64,000 bases of DNA, taken from Camelus ferus (taxonomy: Eukaryota). A program made the position numbers and the translations under genes. The notes beneath the pieces are model-generated. The model searched no databases, was not told where the DNA came from, and saw only the letters and a program-made list of their open reading frames with translations. Numbering within the stretch: the stretch's first letter is position 1; each line of letters begins with the position of its first letter. Shown in pieces: positions 50,896-62,262 of this stretch. The DNA lies in assembly GCF_009834535.1 (NCBI RefSeq), contig NC_045696.1, positions 72,418,001-72,482,000 on the forward strand, in the 5' to 3' direction.

Positions 50896-52239
50896 TTGGA
50901 AGCCCCTGGGATGACACTGTTCATTGATGCATCTCCCTCATTAGCATTGCTGCAGCTTGGCTCTGAGGTTTCAGAGGCAATCCGTCATGAGAAAACTGAA
51001 GAATGTGCCCCATTTGCATGATTCTGTGCCAGAATGCAACTTTTTCTCAGCTGTTCTTTGTGTAATTTCCCCTTGAGTGTTCAACTTTCCCATGAAGTCC
51101 TAGAAATCATATTACAGATTTCCAACCCAATTGAAATGCTCCTCAGATTAGTTTTACATACTTGCTTCCTTCCCCCAACAACTTCATAGTTCTTTGTAAA
51201 CAGAGCAAATTTGTACACAAATAACAGGTTTCACCTTTTATTGTTTGGAAATGAGGACACATTAAGTAAATAACTTTGCTTTGAAAGTGCAGGGGTACAT
51301 GTTATATGTGCAAATGTATATTTATTACACATGTCCAAATGAGGCCACAGTGCTAATAAATACTTAGACAATCTCTGCTTCCTAGTCATTTAGAGCCACT
51401 GCAAACAACATTTTGTAACCTACAGAGAGACTCAGAGCAGAAACACAGCAAAAAGCTGGACAAAGTACTCAATGTTTAGAGTTAAAGAGAACTTCCCCCA
51501 TAAGTGGAGGAGATCTACTTTGCAGCTCTTGGGTGAGCACATTTTAATAAATGAATAAATTCATAGTAGCTAACTAACTGCTAATTAAATAAGTATTCTC
51601 ACAATATTTTTTTCCTAGATAAAAAATGATGATGACACCGATAACACGGGGACATACAACCTGTTACCAAGATTTACGTTTTCCAGAAATTAAGATAATG
51701 TGCTACACACACAACACCCTACATTCCAGAAGAGAAAATGCTCCATTAAAGTATGTTCATTACATTGCATTTGAATTAACAATAACAAAAAAAAAAAACA
51801 ATTTACACACAGACACAAGACACACACAGTCTTTAGCCCTTTTTAATGACATGCTGTTCTTCTCAGCGTCATTATGTACAAATCAATATAGTCTTTTCAT
51901 TCCCTCTTGCCTTTTAGGGCAGTTAGGCATAAGAATAAAAACTTATTTTTATTATTTCCATTCTAAAAACTGTAGAATTTTTTTTTTTTGATTACCCCTT
52001 GATTGTTGGTTGGAATGTATCCATTTGGGTAAAATAATGAAGATATTCTAAAAGTGCTTTCATTATAACTACTTGAAATTTTAAATTATGTCATAATCTT
52101 TTAGAATGAAAGTTACTTTAGAATGAGAAGGCAGAAGTACCAAACTTACTGAGTTCTGAACAAAATTAAAATGACTTAAAGATAATTCCCTGCACTAACA
52201 GAAGAAAATAAAGCTTTTAAAGTTCAAAACTTTGGTTGT

Positions 52240-52700
52240 TGGAGGAACGCTCGCTCACACGGTGATTAGAATTAGGTTGCGGAAGATTTCATTAATTATA
52301 GGTGACTGATTTTCCCTGAGCAGACAGCTCAGGTCTCCCGGCCCCTCCACCCGCTCCCCCACCTCCACCCCAATCCCAGCTCATCTCAAACTGTTGTCTA
52401 ACCTTTCCCTTAATCCATCTCATCTTGAGCTGATGGGAACTGCTTTCATTCCACCTCTTGTGGAGGTAATGAAACAATCTTCTTATTCACTTGGTTCCTC
52501 TGAGCCAGTGACATGCAACAACAACAAAAAAAATCGAGCGCCCTGATTAATGGCTGCTAATTAGCAATGTTAATGACCAGGTGTCCGAGAGCACGGCCAG
52601 CTCCTCTCAGCATGGAGTGATCGCTCAATGAGGGCCCTGCAAATCCATTCCCAGTGACCCTTCCCCTCAGCTGCCAGTAATGAAGGCTGCTTGCTTGTTA
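52240..52700. promoter_or_regulatory. Candidate developmental enhancer (homeodomain-site cluster with CpGs)
   Basis: Dense TAAT/ATTA sites (gtgattagaattagg, tcattaattatag, ctgattaatggctgctaattagcaatgttaatga) in repeat-free DNA with retained CpGs. Confidence 0.5.
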
Positions 52701-54639
52701 CTCCTGGGAGAGGCACAGGAGGAGACCCGGGGCCTGGGACCCAAACCCTTGCCTGGGGTCTAGTGGATCTTCCATTAATTAAGGTTAGCGTTTCTGGTCC
52801 CCCAAAAGCTCAAAGGTAAAAGAGTGAGGAGCAGGGAGATGAACTCAAAGCCTCTTTTCTCAGGAGGAGATTCTTTTCTAAATGGAACCAATAATTAATT
52901 TGAACTATCTACATGTATATCTATAATTTTGACTCTTTGTTAGGCTACACACAACATCTTCTCTGATTCTGTTATTATCCCAAGATCATTCACATGGGTG
53001 AACCGTATTTCACACTAACTCTCAAATACAACTTTCTGTCTGGAAGGTTTACATTGTTTTTGCCATTCAGTGCAGATGAGCGGCAGCAGAAACTCAGAAC
53101 ACCTAGATCTGTGCTTAAAAAAACAGTAATCTTTTAAAAAATGTTTTCCTGGTTAGGAGGTGGGTTGAGTGTGCAAGTGCTCTTAGCTCTCATGTAGGAG
53201 CAAGGGAGTTATATTATCCTAAAAGAAAACAATACAAAACAAAAGCAGGCTATTCCAAGAGCTTTCTAGAGAAACAGCTCTATAAAGACCTGAAAAATTA
53301 TTTTACTAATTAGAGTTGGTTCCTTTTTTGAAATGCTGACCAGAAAATTGAAAAGTGACAAGAATAAAGTCTTTGCAGATAATTAACCATTAACTGTATT
53401 TGCCAATTTGTGACAAGCTGATTCTATGAGTTTACACATTTATTTTCTGCCCACTGGTGAATGGTCTTGTGCCTTCTCCAAGAAGGGGAGGAATAGATGA
53501 TTCAGTTTGGAAGAAACAGACTAAAATGAAAGGAGGTATGCCATGTCATTGCTCTTGTTTTAGCAGGCTTTTTCACATATATATCCTTAAGTGAGGATAA
53601 TACCTTGGTTAATTTAGAAATCTCCCTCCCACCTTTAAAAAATCTTTTTACTTGTTCAAATGTCTTATGTTTGATACCATTGTGATAAGTTTCTGTTTTT
53701 GACAGCATTGTGAAGAACATATAATTTATTTCAGAAGAATAAGTGCTATTGCAAAAATTACCAACTAGTCATAGGTGATAGAATACCACCCATGTACTGT
53801 ACCTAACAGCAGGGTTTGGAAAATTATGGTTACTAGGTTGTCTCTGGCCAGTAGGTCCAAATGAAATTTGACGAGAAAAACTTCAGTGCTTTAGTCCAAG
53901 TGTGGACAAGGCCAAACAACATTGCCTCATAAGCTACAAAAGGAGGCCGCCTAGACAAGAGGGTGGCTCCTCTGTTATTGGATCCCACCTTCTGCTGCAG
54001 TAATATTTGATGTAGTTTTTTGGAAGGAGGGGTAAAATTTTTCTCCCTATGGTTGGAGAATTTAGTAAACACTTTCATTGTAGAAAATTTAAAAAAACAT
54101 GCAAAGCACTTGCACACATGCATTTGCATGCATTCACGCACATACAGCACGCACAATCCTAACCAGAGCTATCCACCGCCAGCATGTGGCTGTGTATTCT
54201 ATCCACCTTGTCCGATGCACAGTCAGAATTCCTCTGTTAACAAAATTGTATTGTACTGCATGTATTTTATAAATTGCTTTTAAAATTAGCAATCTAACAT
54301 AAATCTGTTGTGAAATATCCTTCTTCAGTGGCATATTATGACAACCTCTACTGAGAGCCACGTGTCCACCATTAAACATTCATGATTAATGCAGATTTCT
54401 AGAGTTATTACAGAGCCATATTACTATGATGGTCCCAATACTAAAGGGAAAGGCACAGGCACCACCCTGGCTAGTCCTTCCTTCACAGTGAATGTTGAGG
54501 ATTTGTTGAGAATTGAGTTATATTCCTCCATTAGCTCAGCTCCTCCTGTGTTCTCTCCATAGCTCATAGAGCAGTGCTAAAGAGTAAAGAGAAAGAATGA
54601 GTTTATAAGTGGTGCCCTGTATCCAGTTAATTATACAAA

Positions 54640-54785
54640 GAAGGGGCAAAACTGTATGAACATAAGCTTCATGAGAGCAGAGAACTTGTATATCTTCTCA
54701 CCTATATATCTGCAGTGCCTAGAACCATACCTGGCACATTGTAAGTACTCAGTAAATATTTTTGAATAAATGAATGAGTGAATAG
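54640..54785 (+). mobile_element. L2 3' end
   Basis: aacataagcttcatgagagcagagaacttg...cagtgcctagaaccatacctggcacattgtaagtactcagtaaatatttttgaataaatgaatgagtgaat. Confidence 0.85.
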
Positions 54786-55332
54786 TTAAAAAGTAATATG
54801 ACCATATTCTAGTTTATTCACTTATTAGATTCTGATGTTTTTTCTTTAGTGAGAGTGATGGATTTTTAGGTAGTGCCCTGGGTGTGCTCACAGAGCATAG
54901 CTCCTGGGAGAACTCATCTCTCTTGCATGTTACATGTGGTACTGACAGAAATAAACATGAGCAGAGACATGGCCGTATATTTCTAGGCAGAATAACCCTG
55001 AAATCTATTGCTTGCTTCCATGTGTCTAGTCCTGACTGCTCCTCTATCAGGTTAAAACAATCTGGCCAAAAATTTTATACTTTTGAGCCCTAAGATCATT
55101 AGTTTGGACTTGAAATTAACATGAATTCTAAAGGAAATCTGGCAATTTAAAGATTTAAATATTTTTTGTATCTCTTTTATCCATTTTTAGGTTTATGAAA
55201 CAAAGTCCATTTGTAGATAGAATGTATACTGGCCTAGAAAATGAATAAATAAGTTATTGATGGCAAGGAAATTACTTGCATTTAGTGAGACTCAAAGTTA
55301 AAAAGTGTAGGGCTGAAAAAAAAGCATGGTTC

Positions 55333-55410
55333 ATGTATAACTGAAAATTGTGCTCTACACTGGAATTTGACACAACATTGTAAAATGATTATAAATCAAT
55401 AAAAAATGTT
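55333..55410 (+). mobile_element. Minimal (~80 bp) young L1 3' tail insertion
   Basis: atgtataactgaaaattgtgctctacactggaatttgacacaacattgtaaaatgattataaatcaataaaaaatgtt; flanked by aaaaaaaagcat[g/a]gttc at 55316-55332 and 55411-55427. Confidence 0.88.
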
Positions 55411-56869
55411 AAAAAAAAGCATAGTTCTTGTTAGTTGCATTTTTTTCTTTTATAACTTAAAGAAGAATTACCCTAAGAATATGATGAAGAAATAATAGAA
55501 AATAACCACCTTGCCTCAAAAGATGTTTTGCAGCAATTAGTGGAAGAAGCAGCCCTTGTCTATTGTGTGCGGTAGGGATGGCTGTTCCTTGACCCTCTCA
55601 CTCACCTACCTCTGGCGCTTTGTTTAGGCAGCAGGGGCAGAACAGACCCCTTTGGTAAATTTAGCCTGTTGGAATAGCAAATGGAGAATGCTATAATGCA
55701 TTCACTCTTTCTTCCATCCATCCATCAATCGTTCTATTAATCAATCAATTGAAAAGCCTGTTTAAGCATCTCTCCACAGCCCATTATCCACAGTGAGTCA
55801 AAGAAACTCACTCCACTTTACAGGCTCCTCCACTTTACAGCTTGTAGTTTTAGAAAAAACAACAATGGAGATAGGCACAGAGGATAAATAGACACCAGGT
55901 AAAACACTGAGTAAGTATGTGGTATGAAAAGAATAAATAATATTAACATTGTCAATCAATTAACAGGTATTTATGATATGCTAATTACATGTTCAGCACT
56001 GGCCTGGGTGCTCTACAAGTGGAGTGGCTGATCAGGAAGACATATTATAAATCACATTTTTAAGTAATGAGAAACTAAAGAGGTTTACTTTCTATTCTTT
56101 ATAAGACTTTGTGCAGGCAAGTTTATGGGGGAGCAGGGTGTACATTCTCATTTTGGCACTTGTTGGAAAAAACAGAATGCCTATGATGCGGTAGGGAGGA
56201 AGTAATAGTTTAGAAAGTTGGATTTTATAACTTTAAAATGAAACATTGCAAAGTTGAAATGGGCCTGAAAAATTGATTTTTCATTTCTTTGCATTCTGTG
56301 TTTCATTCCGCCTAAAACATAGAGGCCTACTTAGGGATACATTTGTATATAGGGTCACGCTGGCATGAGAAAAGCCATTCAAGGGATGCAGATGGAAACA
56401 TAGGAGGTGAAGTCCTCCTTGGTTGTAATTGTGACACGGATGAGGTTTTGGAAGCCATTCACAGGGTTTTATTTCTTATTTGTAATAAATCTTAGAGGAG
56501 AAAAGGGTTAATATAGTCAAAACCCCCAGTAGAGGTCTCTGTAACAACAATAGAAGGCAGTTGAGTGAGGAAGAAATTGTAGTAATCCAGGCAAATGGTA
56601 CCCAAGGCCTATATTATGCTTGTCTTGTTCCTATAATTCATGCCAAATCCTTATTACCAAAATTTTATTTGAGGCCTAGGAGTATTAAATCCCAAATCTG
56701 CATCAAAATTTGCTGAAATTGGTATCATGGCTTAACATATGTCATTTCATTTTTGAAATCCAGGTAAAAGGTTAAGTAAATACTTTTGGATAGATTGGAC
56801 TAACTAGAATGATTATAGCATTATTTTGAAATATCAGAGTTGAGAAAAAGACAAATCTTTGTTGACTAT

Positions 56870-57070
56870 CAATACTACGGTTGTTATTGTGTTAGACACT
56901 CTGTACATTGTCTAATTAATCACTATAGTCCTCAAAATAAAATAGTAGTATTCCCGTATTACAGACACCAAGGCTTAAAAAGTCAAATAACTGGACCCAA
57001 ATCCCACAGACACTGAGTAATGAGGGGTGGGTCTTATGACATCAAGCCACTGTTTTTACCATAGCACCAT
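56870..57070 (-). mobile_element. MIR SINE
   Basis: tgtgttagacactctg...tattcccgtattacagac...aaggcttaaaaagtcaaataactggacccaaatcccacag. Confidence 0.6.
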
Positions 57071-57092
57071 GCTGTCTCACATAATTTGGGCT

Positions 57093-57117
57093 GTTTTGTT
57101 TTGTTTTGTTTTGTTTT
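57093..57117. repeat. (GTTTT)5 microsatellite
   Basis: gttttgttttgttttgttttgtttt. Confidence 0.9.
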
Positions 57118-57329
57118 AGTTCTCTTCCCTTTTGATATATATTAGACCAGAGTTGGATGAAGTCAGTATTTCTCATCAGTGCACTCATCTTTGCCACAAT
57201 TTATCTGGCATACAAGTTATGATTGTTGAGTGGGTATGTGGTCTTTCCTATTTTTAGATTACAATCGGGAGTAGTGTCATGAAGCTATGGATATCCAGAA
57301 AGTCTTTATGCTCAGGACCTTGTAAGGAG

Positions 57330-57915
57330 CCAAGTTAGCTAAAATCCTTGAAGCATCAAATAAAAGTATGATAGTAAAAGGTTTTCTTACCAGGGAGGAT
57401 AATCTCAGAAAAGAGCTGAGGCTGTTGACAAAGTATCTTGGACCCCTATCTTGCTGTTCTGAAGTCAAGTCCCAATTTTAAGAGTGCCAATACTTTAATT
57501 TGTACTTCCAAAGTTCTTCATAATAAGCCTGGGTTGCGATTTTCTGGTCATATTTGCCCTGAGGTTTTGTATCCCAGGCCCATATGATCATGTCCTTGAA
57601 GGTGCTGAAAGAGACTGTACTACTATTTCCATGGTATATGAGAATTTCTTCTACCATCTTTTAGGAGTGTCATTGTGAGGAGTTTTCAAAAAGGAAGTTC
57701 TCCTGGGAGTTACTTGGGATCAGTTTTTTTCATGAATATATTGATGGCAGGTCACAAGATTATTGGAGCATTGGCCGACAGTGATTGCTTTTTGACGGAG
57801 GCAACAAGAGACTGCCTGGATTGTGGCCACAATCCAGGGGAGTATGTACAAATGGGCTTTCCATGACCAAAGCCTGCTGGGGTTCTATGAATGTGAGACA
57901 GTCCTGAGGATCCTC
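57330..57915 (+). mobile_element. Candidate very ancient non-LTR retrotransposon RT fossil (L1/Tx1 clade-like)
   Basis: Collinear degenerate motifs across frames: KLAKIL, GF.LPGRIISE, AEAVDKVSW, KVLHNKPG, GAERDC, GHKIIGALADSDCFLT, GEYVQMGF, echoing RT motifs KILAKIL, GFIPGR.ISDN, AEKAFDRVSW, LY..P, G.RQGC, HKISLYADD..L.L, F...SG. Confidence 0.4.
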
Positions 57916-58302
57916 GTAGTTTCACATCTTTTGAGAAATGTGTAGGCATTTTCAGGGGTCTCTGTAAAATCAGAATATCACATTTTTACTTAAGATTAAC
58001 AGTTATAGTGCAGCAGGTGAGAACATTGTGGGGGGGGTGGTGTTTTTCATTTTGAAGTCTAAAAAGAGCTAAAAGTTTTTCTCTGCTTTGTGTCTGGTCC
58101 TTTCAAAAGCTGTTCTGTCCAGATTATACCAATCTAAAGGAAGGTAGAGAATCAGAAAAACTAATATTTATAAAATGTATTACACCATGCCCTTTAGAAT
58201 GTTATTCAGAAACTGAAGCTCCAGGAAAATAATTGTCATAGAGGTAGTAAGTGTCAGGGCCATGCATTTAAGTCTAGGTGTGACTCCAAAACACTTTGTA
58301 AT

Positions 58303-58507
58303 GGTGCTGTCCAGCATGGTAGCCCTATTGGCCAGTATGGCTCTTTTAATTCAAATTCTAATTAAATATAATTAAATATTCAATTCCTGAGTCAAACTAG
58401 CCACATTTCAAATGTTCATTAGCTGTATGGGGCTAGTAACTACTGTATTGGACAGGGCAGATACAGAATATTTCCATCATCAAAGTAAGTTCTATTGGAC
58501 AATACTT
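58303..58507. mobile_element. MER3-like hAT-Charlie DNA transposon
   Basis: tgctgtccagcatggtagcc...actagccacatttcaaatgttcattagc...tattggacagggcagatacagaatatttccatcatcaaagtaagttctattggacaatac. Confidence 0.8.
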
Positions 58508-58714
58508 GTCTGTAACTAAGCTGAGAAATTTCCTTGGCATAAGCATTTATGGAAAATAACAATAATAAACATGTACTTTAATGGAGAATGGTGGGGGCAA
58601 AAGGAAAGATAGAATATGAGATTTCATATCTTGAAGACTTCATACACTTGGAAGATCTTTAAAGAAGAAGATAGTTTAATTGCAGATATGTTTCTATAGT
58701 ATAAACTAAACCAA

Positions 58715-58980
58715 TAGTAGTAATACCTAATTGTTAAATACCTCTTATGTGGTAGGTACTATTCTAAATTTGTTTCACATACAAACTCATTTAACCCTCA
58801 AAACTGTCTTGTGAAGTAGATGCCATTATTATCTCCATCTTATGGATAAGGAAACTGAGGCACAGTGAGGTTAAACGGTTAAACAATTTTTTAAGGGTAT
58901 CAGATAAGGAAAAGTAGAACAGGATTGCAACCATAGCCTGATTTCAGATACTGGGTGTGCAATCATTATTCTCTGTTCAA
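58715..58980 (-). mobile_element. MIR SINE
   Basis: ctcatttaaccctcaaaac...attattatctccatcttatggataaggaaactgaggcacagtgaggttaa. Confidence 0.85.
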
Positions 58981-60682
58981 GAGTATATTGTAGATTTACT
59001 TAGGAGAAAGTTGTGAGAGTAAGTTGCTAATTAGAAATGGAGGCACAAAAGGCAGTACATTATTTTTTAAAAAGAACAGCCTGAAATCCAAGCAATATTT
59101 CCTTTTGTGTGCTCTATGTGTGTATATATGTATGCATGTAAAACATGTACTACATATGTATAAAATACGTATTATATATTAATACACATACTTCTGAATT
59201 TCTACCTTTATGAGGCCAGCAAGTAAAATGTAGTGTTGTTAATGGCAAGTAAATGAGATAGAAAGGAGAGGCTATTATAATTGGAAAATGACAAATACTA
59301 TATAATTAACTTGGTAAAGTTTATTTTCCTTACCTGCTTCAACAACAAGTAAAAGAAACAGTGGTTAAGGGCAAACCCCAAATGGGAAAACCTTAATATT
59401 TTTGTAAACTTTCAAGTTTGCAAAGTAGATTTAAAGGTTCTTCATGTGTTTTAGGAAAATTCTGGAATGTGGGCTTCAGGTTTGACTTGAAGTACGTAAG
59501 TCAAATTCCTGTTACCTCTATCTGTGTATAATTTGTGCACTTGGAAGCTCTAAATTATTTCATAATCTGTGTATCAGATACATTCCTAAATGGTGTTCTT
59601 TTACCTCCCATCTCAGTTAACCTCACAGAAGATGGTAGTGGTCTGAAACAAGGACTGTGTTCCTGTTGGGGCTGTTGCCATCTCATGCATTGAGAGGCTC
59701 TATTGATATCTTACTGGTTTGGGTGCTTTAGTTTTGTGAATATAGCTTGTGTCTAACTAAATACAGAAAGTACTTAGAAGATGCTGGCACTTATGTTTAT
59801 AATTTTTAAATTAAGAATAATAATGTGGAAAACTAAATTAAATTTGCATTATTAACTAGATCCTTTAGTTCTCAAGTGGAATCAATTTAAAACTCAGTTT
59901 ATTTTGTAACATTTTAGCTAATGAGTGATTTAAAAAAGGTTTTAGTATGGGAAACTTACAGCTTTAAAAAATGGGTGTGCAACTAATACTTTCAATTTAG
60001 TTTGGTGTGACTTTCTAAGTTATTAGCCATGAAAATAAAAATCTCATTATCTTTTTGATGGTAGCCAAGAGTCAACAAATTGGTATGTGATGACAGACCC
60101 CATTGTTATGATAACCATATCTGAAAATTCTTTTGCCTTTATGACAGTTATAGTCTTACCTGTCTTCCCCATCAGGATGCCTACTGTAAATACATATTTA
60201 TAAACCAACTGAAAATTCTTCAATACAGAGTAATATGGAACAGAGAATATTTGTTTTGTAATTATTCAGACCAATATCCATTTTCCTCAAGAATATATAG
60301 TAAAATGCACTGAATATTATATTTAGGAATGTGGCGGTTTGATTTTTTTTTCTGTTTGAGCCATAATGTCCTTGTTGGAAAAGACTTAGAGGTCATCTAC
60401 CCAACTCCTCTTAGAAGTTTTGGTGGACCGACCCAACACCACATAGAGCCTGCTAGAGCTAAGCCTTGAACCTCAGTTCTCTCCCTTTCGAGGAGCCATC
60501 AACCAACCAACCCTTACCACCTTTTGTTCACTTTTTGACCTGATCTTGGACACACCAAATCTTGATCTAATAAACATTTAAATCACTTGAGAAAAAGATT
60601 ATCTTGCTTTGCTTGGCTTCTCCAATTAAGTATGTACTAAGTCTCTTGTGTGTATCATTCACGTAGTATTATACATATGTGA

Positions 60683-60850
60683 AACCACAGAACTGGAAGA
60701 GACCTTAGAATTATCTAGTTCTATCTCCTTGGGTGTCAGATGGAGAAAAGGAGAAGTTGAGAGACTGATCTAGGCCACACAGCTAGTCAGCAGCAGAGCT
60801 GAGTCCCTACTCCAGGTGGCCTGACCCTTGAGTCTGGTCCTCTTATTACT
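60683..60850 (-). mobile_element. MIR3-like SINE
   Basis: cacagaactggaagagaccttagaattatctagttc...cagatggagaaa...ggccacacagctagtcagcagcagagctgag. Confidence 0.7.
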
Positions 60851-61850
60851 ATGTTATTTCCAGTGCAGTGTACATTTCTGAGGGGACAGTCAGGTGTTCA
60901 AACAAGAATCCAAACATTGCCGAGGCCTAATGACTCTTGTTCCAGTTGCCTTATGGGTGGTTGAGATGGTGACAAAACATAAATATTTGCCAAAGAATCA
61001 TGAATAAGCTCAGCTGGGAATCAACTTTGATATGCAAATGACAAGGGTGGTTGTAAACATGAAAAAAAAACTTTCTTTCTTTAAAAAATTTTAAAATCAG
61101 TTATAAAACACATGGGATCAGACGAAGTGTTTAAGAGAATGGCATTCTCCACAATGTCTCATTGCTTTGGGAATATCACAATGGGATTGAGCTTTAATGT
61201 CTGTGAAGAATAAAGGCAAAAGGAAAGAAGGCTGCTTGTCTCCAGTAACCTGCAGACAAATGAAAACCCGGACTGTGTCCTGAGAGTTTTAGGTAATCCA
61301 GGCTCATAATTTGATTTGAGAAGAGCTACTCCAGGCTACTGTGTAATTATAGAAGCATTCACTCGGCTGGCTCCTGTTGGCTTCATCACGTTCTACTTCA
61401 TTGCCCTTTATGTTAAAGCCCCTGTTGATGAGAGGGCGGAAACAGTAAGTACAAATAAAGCAATTAGCAGGTGGGGAATGCTACCACTGTTTAAGGATAA
61501 CATCCAATCTTTATTGGTACTTATTAAGTAGAAGTCTAGAGCTTAGAGACAAAGGGAAATATTGCAAACCACAAAAATGAGAGAGTGTGGGAACAAAAAG
61601 AGAATAAGGGAAAAATTAGACCAATGTATCTATTTTATATTCCACAAATCTAATCACAAAGGCTAGTTTAAAAATAATATTAAACAACCAATATATTTAA
61701 AATATAGTGAGTTACAGTCTCATATAAACTTCACCTTCTTTTAAAGTTTTTTTGCTTCTTTTTTTACTATGTGGATTAACTTGAAAAATATTTTTAACAG
61801 TTACTATGTTCAAATGAGAAGAGAGTTTTTAGGTTGGGTTGTAGTTAAAC

Positions 61851-61869
61851 CCTCCAGCAGGGGGAGTTA
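61851..61869 (+). promoter_or_regulatory. CTCF-like motif
   Basis: CCTCCAGCAGGGGGAGTTA closely matches the CTCF core CCAGCAGGGGGCGC. Confidence 0.5.
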
Positions 61870-62262
61870 GGATAATTAGCAAACCTCTTCGACTGGGTCA
61901 TGACATCCAGGGCACAGATTCTCAGACACTATTGGCAGAGTTGAAAATGCCCCCTGTAGACAGGAGTATAATGGGCAAAAGGAGGAAAGCAAGAGGATTT
62001 CAAGAAAATAGGGTACAGGCTTTCTACTGCCCTCCATTTGCAGAGTAATCCATGCACTCTAATTCTCTGTTTAATTATCTGAACATAGGATAATAAAAAT
62101 CTGTCCATCCCGAATGCTATAATTCTCATTTCTCCGTGAGTAGCATTGCTCTTCTTGCTTCAGCCTTATTTTGTATGTCTGAGTAGTGAAATGGAGTATA
62201 AATAATTGTTCATCTCAGAGCATTGCCAAGAAGATGCCCCTTGTGTTTGATTTTGGACATGG

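Noticed and set aside
55811..55840. 13-bp near-tandem duplication ctccactttacag
   Set aside because: Ordinary slippage-type microduplication.
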